A stretch of 64,000 nucleotides of DNA from contig NC_068995.1 of the NCBI RefSeq assembly GCF_001194135.2, forward strand, positions 56,608,328 through 56,672,327, given 5' to 3'. The notes under the pieces are model-generated. The model searched no databases, had not been told where the DNA came from, and worked only from the letters and a program-made list of their open reading frames with translations. Position numbers and translations under genes: made by a program. This document shows, piece by piece, positions 41,309-51,903 of the stretch. Position 1 is the first letter of the stretch, and the number at the start of each line of letters is the position of its first letter. Source of the stretch: Octopus bimaculoides. Lineage: Eukaryota.

Positions 41309-43034
41309 NNNNNNNNNNNNNNNNNNNNNNNNNNNNNNNNNNNNNNNNNNNNNNNNNNNNNNNNNNNNNNNNNNNNNNNNNNNNNNNNNNNNNNNNNNNN
41401 NNNNNNNNNNNNNNNNNNNNNNNNNNNNNNNNNNNNNNNNNNNNNNNNNNNNNNNNNNNNNNNNNNNNNNNNNNNNNNNNNNNNNNNNNNNNNNNNNNNN
41501 NNNNNNNNNNNNNNNNNNNNNNNNNNNNNNNNNNNNNNNNNNNNNNNNNNNNNNNNNNNNNNNNNNNNNNNNNNNNNNNNNNNNNNNNNNNNNNNNNNNN
41601 NNNNNNNNNNNNNNNNNNNNNNNNNNNNNNNNNNNNNNNNNNNNNNNNNNNNNNNNNNNNNNNNNNNNNNNNNNNNNNNNNNNNNNNNNNNNNNNNNNNN
41701 NNNNNNNNNNNNNNNNNNNNNNNNNNNNNNNNNNNNNNNNNNNNNNNNNNNNNNNNNNNNNNNNNNNNNNNNNNNNNNNNNNNNNNNNNNNNNNNNNNNN
41801 NNNNNNNNNNNNNNNNNNNNNNNNATATACAATAGTTTCACTGATATATGTATATATATATTTGAGTGAAAATCTAAGCATCAAACGATGTTAACACACG
41901 GTAGGATTTTTGGAGATGACCAAGAATTCTTTTGCATTTTTCATTTATTATTATTATTTTAATTATTATTATCATTGTAGTTTCTACTTCCATGACAGTT
42001 CTACATTCCAGTATTAATTTTGCATTTCCTGAGCCTATGGCAGGTGTTTCAACATACTTGCATCCCTTCATTTTTGTTGAAGCAATGACATCAGCAACCA
42101 TCTTTGAAGTTATCTCTGACCATTTTGTCTAGACTTAGCTAGCCATGAACAAATTATTTGTATATATTTTTTTTCATTTTACCTTTTATTTATTTATTTA
42201 TTTACTTTTAGTTGTTTTTACTCCCATTCCGCTCTCCTTTCTGCTAGTGTCTTTTTTGGTTTGCCTCTTTCTTCCTATCTGCATTGCATTTCTTTTTCAG
42301 GTTTCTTATTATTACCATTATTCTTTGTTCTCTGTGTCCATCCATTTCCTTCTCTCACTCTTCTGATACTCTTTCATAATGTAATTCTTTACCATTTATT
42401 CATGATGCCAGCCAAACTGTCTTTTACATTTCTAATTCTTTGCATCTCTAAAACATAGCTAAGCTGTGATGTTAGAATATATTCTCTCTCTTTCTCTCCC
42501 TCTCTCTCTCTCTCTCTCTTTCTCTTACACACACACACACAAACAAACAAGCACATTCATGCACAGTCACAAACACACAATCTTTTTTTCTTTTCTCTCA
42601 GTTCATTTGTATTTTATCATTTAACCTTTTTGAAACTAATTCGCTTAAAACTTCCCTCAATTTGATGACAAAACTGTTTGTTTTAAAGTATCTATTTATA
42701 AATTTAGATACCTCATTAATATTTTTTGTGTGGACCATTTGTGAAGTTGTGTTCCAAATGCTAATTTGATAAGAGAGGAGTTCAAAATTTTAATAAATCC
42801 CTCCAAATCCTATACACCAGGTTAAAAAACCTGTTATCATTGTCATCTCTGCCCATTATGCTTTTTGGGTTTTGGGTGTACCCCAGTCAGTTGGTGACTC
42901 CAGAACCCTTGTTTAAATTTCTATTGCATAATGTAATTCATACCAACCCCAGTTGGTATACGCATATGGTTGGTACGTCTGTAGACAACATATTTTACAA
43001 AGTAAAAATATCAAACATGGTATGCATCCATTTC

Positions 43035-43108
43035 AACAGAAAGCGTAGTTTCAGGCTACAGACCTCTGGGTTATTGGCCCAGCATGCTTCCACTGCACCA
43101 CTGAAGCA
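43035..43108 (-). pseudogene. tRNA-iMet: Initiator tRNA-Met pseudogene; anticodon reads AAT instead of CAT
   Basis: Minus strand TGCTTCAGTGGTGCAGTGGAAGCATGCTGGGCCAATAACCCAGAGGTCTGTAGCCTGAAACTACGCTTTCTGTT versus metazoan iMet AGCAGAGTGGCGCAGYGGAAGCGTGCTGGGCCCATAACCCAGAGGTC..ATCGAAAC..CTCTGCTA. The anticodon stem CTGGG/CCCAG is intact; the acceptor stem and T-loop are damaged. Confidence 0.9.
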
Positions 43109-45914
43109 AATATATAAGGTATTCTCTCTTATATTATCTGTTTTGGGTTGCATTACTTCCATGCCATCTATTTATCATACATTTATTTCTCTGCACCATT
43201 TCACACGTATGAAATATATTAAAGACACAATATATGCTGCAGCACTAGGATGTTAATTTACTAACAGAAAAGTGGTATTTCACTGTGCCTATAGTCCAAG
43301 AGTCACATTTGACGAACCACATGCATGTTTTGTAAGTTTTTTCTGGATGTCTCTTCGTTTGCCATTTTCAGATCAACCAGTAGCAAAAGAACTCTATAAA
43401 TGTTGCCTTAACACAACATAGCAAGTGAGTCTGTGAGGAGTTGATGGTTTTGAGAATTAACTGAAGCTTCCAGATAATATTTCCTTGGAAAATATTGTCG
43501 CAAAAAGGTTAAGTAGGAGCTTTACAATTCTTTTAACATGGTATTATTATGTCTTTAAGTGCTTTCAAGAGGAAATATTGAAGCAAAGAGTGGGAAACAT
43601 TTGAGAGATAGTAAGTGAACAGATTATGAAATGAGAAAACAGAAAAATGATTTTAAAATTAGAAGAAAGAAAATGAAGTCAGAGAGATGGAATGGAGAAG
43701 TGGAAGAGAGACAAGATTGCAATAAAAGAGTGGAATTGAGATAAATTAATGAACTAAAGAGGGATATTAGGAAGAAGAAAGAAAATGTAACAGAGGAAGA
43801 AAATGAGAAAAATAAGAGAAGGAAAGGATTGAAAACAAAATGAAGGAACTGCTCGTGTAGTTGGGGGGTTCAGTTCCACTGCATGGTACCTTGGGCAAGT
43901 GACTTCTACCAAATCCCCAGGCTGATTATAGTTTTGAGTAGATCTGAGGGATGGAAACTGAAAGAAGCTCATTGTGTGTGTGTGTGAGTCTATCCTAGTG
44001 TTGACATCATGTGACAGTTATAAGTGAATGTTATTCATTTCCTGTATTTTGCAAAAACATTTTCTGGCCTTAGGGAAATATTACTTTGTTTAAAAAGCAG
44101 GTAATGGTTGAAGTTGGAATTAGTTTATTACTAAGGTTTAATTGGAGCTAAGCAACGCATAATTGATAAAAAAGCCAAAAAAAAAAAAACCCCATTAATC
44201 ACGTGATTGATTAGGTGAGTTAACGGAGATGATAAAGAAAAAGGTTAGATAATCTGGAGCATTTTCATTCTTTTGACTCACAGTTCTGCATTCACATTCT
44301 TCTCAAGTCTGTAAAATACCAGTAATATATTACACTTAATTCTGTACACCGTAGATCTTACTTAAAAAAGGATTGTAAAAAAGCCAAAAAAAAACAATCA
44401 TTAAAAAAAATTTATGTCTCATGTTTTGTTTCTCATTTTCATCTAATAAAAAGAAAGTCTTCATGTGATAACTTATACTTTTCAAGACCACAGTTATACA
44501 TTAGCACCAGGCATATACCATTTTTGTTTGTATATAAATGATGCACTTTTGTTTTTAAAAAATATCTCAAAAATTCGTCCAGGGTCCTATATATAGAGTT
44601 GAACATCCTATAGTCTTTAATGCACTAAAACACTAAAACCTCTTTTCTCCTGAAAATGCTCTGCTGAAATTGGGGTGGATCTGATATGCCCATGCAACTT
44701 TTATGCCATCAAATACAGTAAGTGTTATTACATAGTTCAAACATATTTAACTGAGGTCAATTCAACCAACTAACAGATACTCAAAGACACCAGCTATATA
44801 GATTTAGTCATTTCATTCTTTTGTTTTAATGTCTCAGATTTAGTTGAGATATTTTATTTTCGAGGAGACTTTTTTTCAGATTTTCAAAAAGAGAAAAAAA
44901 TGAAAGAAAAGCCATTAAGCTTTTTTATATTTAATTTAAACATCAAAAAAAAAAGTCAATAAATAAAGTTTAACATAGCTTTTGACTCATCACTATCCTG
45001 CTAGCAACATATTTTAACCAGCTGTTACAACCAACCATATTACCTAACGCTTTAAGAAGTAGATTAAGAACATTGCAATATAATTTTGTACTCAACATTT
45101 GCAAATATCACTAACACTAAAACACAAAAATCACATAAAAATCAAAAGCAAAAAGTAAAAAAAAAAAAAACCCACCCAGAAATATTCGATAACTTACTTT
45201 TAATCTAAACAAATTTTGGCAGTGAAATATAGTTTTAGAAGAGGACATTCTCAAAGACATATGTTGATCATTAAGCAGGAACAAAAAACTCAGACAATTT
45301 TTTGTATGTGTTTCCATGACAACAGACAAAGTCTACATGTGTTTCAAGATAGCAAACAAGATTTCTAAAATCTGTCTTTCTCTGTGAATGCATGTGTGTG
45401 TGTATGTTTGTGTATGCATATATATATACACATGCCACACACATACACACAAATGTGTGTATATATATATAATTTTTTTTTTTCTTGCACATACATACAA
45501 ATATGCATCTATCCATTCATGTGTGTCTTTACATCTGTCTATTTACATCTATTTATCTACATATGTACATGCACAGATATACATTATATGCTGATACACA
45601 CACACACACACACAGCGACTGTATATTTTATTTTGTTTATATATTGGATTATGTGGTCCAAACAGAACAAAACTACTAATGGTTATTTGATGTATTTGCA
45701 AAACTCACAGGCCGCACAGATGAGAACATATTAGATAATTTTTAAGTCACATCTGAGAAAGAGAGCAAATAAAGCAAAAAGAAAAAGTTAAAGAGAGAAG
45801 GAATAAAGAAAAAAAAACAAGGAAGAGACATATAGAATGGTATAATAGGGAAAGAAAAAGTTTTATGTAAATATTATGGGAAAAAAAAAATTCTTCAGTA
45901 ACCTAAAATATTAA

Positions 45915-46030
45915 TGTTAGAGTCTCCTGTAGCTTTGACAAATGAGGGTCCAGTTTTTCCCCATTTCTAACAAAACTGTCCGATGAACGGAAACGTGAAA
46001 CTCTGAGTAACAGTCTTTTGTTATATTTCT
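45915..46030 (+). mobile_element. Probable Penelope-like element pseudo-LTR / retrozyme remnant carrying the hammerhead
   Basis: Short non-simple segment around the hammerhead. It is followed by a short tract ending AATAAAG (about 46047) and a long (TA)n run. Minimal type I hammerheads are an established feature of PLE repeats. No RT or GIY-YIG coding sequence is seen, so the class is inferred. Confidence 0.45.
45968..46023 (+). ncRNA. Type I hammerhead ribozyme motif (minimal, Penelope-like element type)
   Basis: Stem I ACTGT 45975-45979 / ACAGT 46010-46014, extended by TAACAAA / TTTGTTA. Core CCGATGA 45980-45986. Stem II ACG-GAAA-CGT 45987-45996. GAAA 45997-46000. Stem III ACTC-T-GAGT 46000-46008. 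Cleavage triplet GTA 46007-46009. Confidence 0.8.
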
Positions 46031-46046
46031 GCTGCTTTTAAATAAA

Positions 46047-46098
<52 letters not shown>

Positions 46099-47435
46099 TT
46101 TTGTATATATATATATATATGTGTGTGTGTGTATATATGTATATGTACATTATTTAACATTCTGGCTACCAGATGTTGGTGTTAAATAAGGTAACAGATT
46201 AAATCTACCACCCAAGTAAGGCAAGGTGGGATTTGAACATAGAATGTAAAGAGATGGAGCAAATACCAGAAGGCATTGTGTCCAAAATTCTTACACTTCA
46301 GCCAATCCACTTCTTTGAGCTCATACGTCATTTCATGGACCCTGAAAGGATGAAAGATAAAGTTGACTCTGGAGGGACTTGAATACCAAGTGCAGATATT
46401 TAGGGCAAATACCACAAGGCACCTGGTCTTATGTTCTTACACTTCTGCCAATCTTCACCCCTGGACTGGACTGTTATGTTTTTATCAACCCTGAAAAGAT
46501 GGTGACAAAGTTGGCCCTTAGCAGGATTTGAACCCAGTCTGCAGGATGTTGTCAAAAATGCCATGACATGAAGCATTTTGTCCGATGCTTTGACATCTCT
46601 AATAGTTTGTTACAAAGAAACAAACTTATACAGATTGATGCATTGTAGCTTTATTTCTTCAAAAGTGAATTTATTGTCATCCAGTGTTTAGAATGAAAGC
46701 TTCAGTTAAAAAAAAGAGAATTTAGTCCAGAAACTGCTAACATTAAAGAACAAGGGTTTGGTAAGCAGCAGACAGTTTGTCTCCATCAGTATTTAAAGCA
46801 ATATGAATAACAATTAGATTGAAAGTACAAGCATAGAGTTGAAATCAAGTTGTTGACAGAATAGATTGATGTGTATATTTCTTATTTGAAAAGAACAGAA
46901 AACAACGACGACAACAACAACAATAAAAGATTGCTATGGTCCAAGAAAAAAGAAAAAAAGTATAAGAAACAAGAAAATGTTTGTAAAGAAAAGTCAATGA
47001 AACACATCAGTTTTTACATAACAAATTAGATTATTGTGATAATGTAGAGAAGAAATCTGGTTAAAATAACTTCAAACAATCAGTGACCGATTCCAAAAGC
47101 AGTTATCAAACTGGTAAACCAGGATTAAAAAAAAAAGAAAACATTAAGTTTCTGACATGGTATTTTAGCAAAGAATTCATAAATATGATATTTTTGCATA
47201 TTTCCACAATTATTGAGAAGAAACAGCATCGCCAGCCCTACCCCATGATCCAAAGTTTGCATTTTATCTTTTGCTTACCTTCTTGTACCTTAAGAGATTG
47301 CTTTGACACCCCGTCACTCCCATCAGTACCTTCTTCCCAGCTACCCCTACTCACTCTTATACAATGTAGGGTAGCCATGTAACTCCTTGATAAGAAGACC
47401 CCTACATTAATTATATATCTATATATATATCTATA

Positions 47436-47549
<114 letters not shown>

Positions 47550-47569
47550 CATACGTGTGTGTAAGTGAG

Positions 47570-47770
47570 TGTCTTTGTTTCTGTGTTTATCTCCCTGATT
47601 ATACCAGTTGACAACAGGTGTTGGTTTGTTTATGCCCCAATAACTTAACAATTTGACAAAAGAGACTAATACAATAAATAACAGACTAAGAATAAGAACT
47701 AAAGTTGATTTGTTTGACGAAAACCCTTCAAGGTGGTGCCCCAGCACAGCAACACCCTCCAAGTAAACAA
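47570..47770 (+). mobile_element. Family A SINE tail after a compound (TA)n(CA)n microsatellite
   Basis: GTTGACAACAGGTGTTGGTTTGTTTATGCCCCAATAACTT..GGTGGTGCCCCAGCAC. Confidence 0.75.
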
Positions 47771-48109
47771 ATAAAACTGAACTAAGAAAAAAATATAAAA
47801 CTTAAATGTTATTCAATAATACTTCAAAAAGCAAAATATATAGGTTAATGTTAAGAGAGAAACAATGAAACTGATATAAATTTGAAATCAAAGATTAGAC
47901 ACTACTAAAATATAAAATAAGGATTTCACATTGCAAAAATGTTTGAAGTAACACGAAATCTTTTTAATCTTTTATCATTTTCTGATATTTTATCAATATG
48001 GGTCTTCTTAGCTGCTGGCTCTTAAGAGTCTCACTTTATAACCATTGTTTAGAAACAATGATTTTCCACTTGACAACAAAACATCTGAAAACCTTTCATC
48101 CCTCCCAAG

Positions 48110-48400
48110 GGGTCCCAGAGCTTTTTGCTTGTTAACTGCATGTAACTCTGGCTCATGCTCATAATGTTCATAACGCACGTTGATCCTCAATAGATGATAC
48201 ACAGCCATTTCCTAAAGAGTCACTAAAGCCAATACATTTTACTACTAATATCCAATGCCATGCTTAGTGATTTTAATCAGACTAACACCATTCTCCATTA
48301 CACGATGTCCATAGTAGCTGCATTATTCCGTGAGGCAGTGGTGTGCCGATTTCACTAATATTTTTATGCTTACGACTCCACATACCTTGTAACAATGATA
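48110..48400 (-). mobile_element. Older, highly decayed RLE-type non-LTR retrotransposon fragment
   Basis: Minus-strand motifs in the expected order: KY**NRHTTA (about 48334-48363), HYEHEPE (48146-48166), then LWD after a frameshift (48112-48120). They resemble the RHN..WYEHEP..ILWD motifs of the 39 kb element; spacing is longer than in that copy. Confidence 0.35.
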
Positions 48401-49304
48401 CACCCTGATGGGGATGGCTGCATCGAAAGATTAAAAAGACAGACATTAGGATAGAAACTTCTATCTTTTTTCTTTTTTTTATGTTTTCATCACATTTCCC
48501 AAGAGTTACTCGACTGACCAACTAAGTGTAATGACTCAAACTTCCAATGGCATTCTAGATTTAATATTACTGAAGATGCACCATCATCATAATTGTCATC
48601 ATTACAATCTTAACATACATTTTCCCATGCAGGTAAGAAATGGCCTTGTGTTAGCAGAATAGCATGTTCCTGTAAGTACTTAGCTTCTCATTTCTTCTTA
48701 GAACCAAATGTTGCTCATTTAACGAGACTTGGCATAATCGTTTGTTGCTATGCACAAGTTAATATAATAAACCCAAAGTCTTTTACTTCAATATCTATTT
48801 TACCAGTCTGGCATGAATAAGAAAAAGTTCTGAGATAAGTTGAGAAAGTAAACAAACAAGAGTTGAAAACACCAATGTAAAGTGTCTGAAAGAAATCTCT
48901 AGGCTGGTAATGATATCATCACCATCATTTGAACATTCACTTCTCTATGCTTGCATTGCTCGGTGGTGGGGGCGGGGGTTGCACTGAAGCAGATTTTTAA
49001 GGTTGGATGCCCTTCCTGTCACCAACACTTACCTGTTTCCAAGCAAGATAATATTTTCCCATGAGCTGCTGCTGCTGCTTGTATAACAGTGTCACTCATT
49101 TACGACTATCATACAGTGTGAAGACAAGAACACATGAACATACACACAGTCAGTCACAGCCATATAGACAAGGGCTTGTACATTTACCTGAAATATTGAA
49201 GGTAAAAGCAAAATGCATTGTCAAGTATTTTTTATTATAACCTGCACTATTTTAACTTTGAAAACAAATTTTAAAAACACTTTTATATATATATCAGACA
49301 ATGC

Positions 49305-49745
49305 CCCATGCAAACCATACTACTTTGTGGTGAGGTGGCTTGAATGCCTCAATGACCCTGAGTGAGAGCCATGTCAGAGGAGTGCAAGCTCATGGTAGGA
49401 TTTCTCATTCTGGATAGGTCAAAAGATTGAGGTCAAAATAATATGGACCACCACTTCCCGGAGGTAAAAATGGGTTTGCATAGGGCCAACATTCATACCT
49501 AGTAAAAAAGCAGATTTACAGAAACATTGATGAAAAATCAAGACCAATATGTCCTGGGAAAGGAAGGCCTTCTCTCAGAGAAATATGTAATACGGTGCAA
49601 CAAAATCTGAAAGGAAGCTGCAAGACTGAAAAAGCAGGGATCCAAGAGAAGCAGAAAAGACAGCCCAGAATCAAAAACAGTGGAGGAAAGTTGTGAATTG
49701 TTTGTGGTCCCTTAAGGAGCATAGGGTTTAAGTAAGTAGGTAATT
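49305..49745 (+). mobile_element. Internally deleted RTE-type element, copy 2, with (TAAG)-like tail
   Basis: Shares TAAAAATGGRTTTGYRTAGGGCCAACATTC (49465 vs 23329) and CAAAATCTGAAAGGAA (49601 vs 23471) with copy 1. The 3' part translates REAEKTAQNQKQWRKVVNCLWSLKEHRV*, like the RTE terminal AQxRxxWR motif, followed by TAAGTAAGTAGGTAA. Confidence 0.7.
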
Positions 49746-50879
49746 ATCATATTGCCATGAATGGTGCTAAGGTTGTAGAATAGTTTCAGGGAGGTGCTCC
49801 ATTCCAAGGCTTATATTAATTGGTCTTGTAAAGATTGAAACAATAGCTGTCTCCAAATAAAGAGCAGAAAAATAATAAATTAATATTTAGAATATAAAAG
49901 ATAGATTTTATAGAAGTCTTCAGAAATAAGCTTACAAAACATATTAGATGCATACATATTTAAAACTTTTATAAACAGTTATTTAACTCCATTTATATAT
50001 TCTTTATGTGTCTTAATTTTATAAAACTCATTCTTATAATTGTAAAGGCTATTTTTTTTGTATTTTTATAAATTTTAAATTTGTAAAAATATTTTTAGTT
50101 CAAATTGTAAATTCAAGGAAAATAGTAAGTTACTTATGAAGCAGCCATGAGTTGCTAACGACGTATATTAAATCATTAAGCCCTACAGCAATATGACAAA
50201 ATATTAGAAAAAATGTTATAGAAAGAAATTACTTTCTTCTTTGAGCACTTCAGATAATTGTGGAAATTTTGGAAGAACTCACCAGCATTTTAACGAGAAT
50301 TGAACCTGGGGTTATCATAATTTAGAGTCTTTTTTTTATAAATGTGTGTGTGTATGCATGCACAAACACACACACACACACACGTGCAAACAATGTTTAT
50401 AAACACAGAATTTTGTTTGGATGCATTTTAAATTCACTTTATAATATAATATATACCTCCTATTCTCTCTCACTGGATGTATATACCTATCATATATTTA
50501 TTTATATACACACTCACACAAGCATGTATGTAGATGCATGAGTGTAGATATATACATATATATATATACGCACAGAGATAAAGGCACTTTCACATATGTG
50601 TGTGCACGAGTTTTTGTGTGTGTGATCAAAAATACATATGTATGATAGCAATGGCTTTGTGGTTACAAATCACTTGAATGATAATATTCTGAGTTCAATC
50701 CCATCATATGGCACTTAAGGGAAATGTCTTTTACTCTTTGTCCTATTGTTGGTTCAAATCATTTCTTGTAAGAAAAGTTAGGCAAAAGATGTGTGGCAGT
50801 ACATCAAACGAGTTGTGCCTGTTTAAATTGATATAAACATAAACAGAGGTGCAAGTATACATACACATATGTCTGTTAC

Positions 50880-51107
50880 CTTTCACTTGTTTCAGTCATT
50901 AGACTGTGGCCATGCTGGGGCACCATCCTGAAGAATTTTTGTTGAATGAATCGAGCTCTGCACTTGTTTATTTTTGTTTTTTCTTTTAAACTGATACTTA
51001 TTCTATCAGTCATTTTTACTGAACTTCTAAGTTATAGGACATAAACAGACCAACAACAGTTGTCAAGTGGCGGTGGGGGACATAGACACAAAAACACACA
51101 CATGCGC

Positions 51108-51206
<99 letters not shown>

Positions 51207-51343
51207 TATATATATATATATATATGACGGGCTTTTTCCAGTTTCCATCTATCAAATCCACACAGAAGCCTTTGGTCTGCTTGAAGCTATAGTAGAAAAC
51301 ACTTGCCTAAGGTGCCATGCAATGGGACTGAACCCAGAACCAT
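50880..51343 (-). mobile_element. tRNA-derived SINE (family A), 5'-truncated, with internal compound microsatellite; fused to the rDNA fragment
   Basis: Minus strand starts ATGGTTCTGGGTTCAGTCCCATTGCATGGCACCTTAGGCAAGTGTTTTCTACTATAGC (B-box retained; first ~30 nt of the head seen at 12841-12871 missing). It continues through (TA)(CT)(TA)(GT) repeats to the tail CCAGCATGGCCACAGTCTAATGACTGAAACAAGTGAAA shared with 63870-63920. Confidence 0.9.
51107..51226. repeat. Compound microsatellite (CA)n(TA)n(GA)n(TA)n inside a SINE
   Basis: Directly visible; bounded on both sides by family A SINE sequence. Confidence 0.95.
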
Positions 51344-51460
51344 TCGGCGTTGGGCTTCTCCCGGTTCACTCGCCGTTACTTAGGGAATCCCGGTTAGTTT
51401 CTTTTCCTCCGCTTAGTGATATGCTTAAGTTCGGCAGGTAGTCTCGTCCAAGTCGAGGGC
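51342..51460 (-). rRNA. 28S rRNA: 28S (LSU) rRNA 5'-end fragment, ~119 nt, dispersed non-functional copy
   Basis: Minus strand reads GCCCTCGACTTGGACGAGACTACCTGCCGAACTTAAGCATATCACTAAGCGGAGGAAAAGAAACTAACCGGGATTCCCTAAGTAACGGCGAGTGAACCGGGAGAAGCCCAACGCCGAAT. This matches the conserved eukaryotic LSU 5' end (ACCCGCTGAAYTTAAGCATAT..TAAGCGGAGGAAAAGAAACTAAC..GATTCC..AGTAACGGCGAGTGAA). It stops abruptly after GCCGAAT. Confidence 0.95.
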
Positions 51461-51840
51461 AGGAGCGTGCATGGAGATGTCGCTGCTTGCAGCAGCAGCC
51501 GCGTTCGATGTGTCATCATTTTCGGCCGGCATGGATGCTCGCAACGAGATCTACAGGCTGAACGCCGACCGACGGCGGCCGCGGCCATGGAGGCGACAGG
51601 AACAAGTACGTACGAGATGAGTGAGCATCCGAACGGCAGAGCGGACAGACCGGGTGTCTGTCCGTTCCGTCCGTTCGTCGTCCGGGCAGTTGATTCGTTT
51701 CCTGCTGCTGCATATTTTATGCATATATACATACACATACACATATATAGCAAGTGAAAGACAGACGATGGAATATACGAGAATTTATTATTAATCACGA
51801 CAATTGTTTCGACACATCTAGCATCGATTCCATTCGTTTT
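51461..51840 (-). other. ITS2-like spacer immediately upstream of the 28S fragment
   Basis: GC- and CpG-rich sequence contiguous with the 28S 5' end in an otherwise CpG-poor window. It contains a helix-like inverted repeat, CGGACAGAC-cgggt-GTCTGTCCG (51642-51664), extendable by GAACGG/CCGTTC. No 5.8S sequence is visible. The distal boundary is uncertain (51710-51840). Confidence 0.7.
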
Positions 51841-51849
51841 ATTATCCAT

Positions 51850-51903
<54 letters not shown>

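Noticed and set aside
43372-43424. 53-nt segment with a strong acceptor (TTTGCCATTTTCAG) and donor (GTGAGT)
   Set aside because: Stop codons occur in all three frames. It could be a non-coding exon but needs RNA-seq junction reads.
48404-48427. Second hammerhead-like core CTGATGG-GATG-gctg-CATC-GAAA
   Set aside because: A9 is replaced by G and no complementary partners for stem I or stem III could be found nearby; likely chance.
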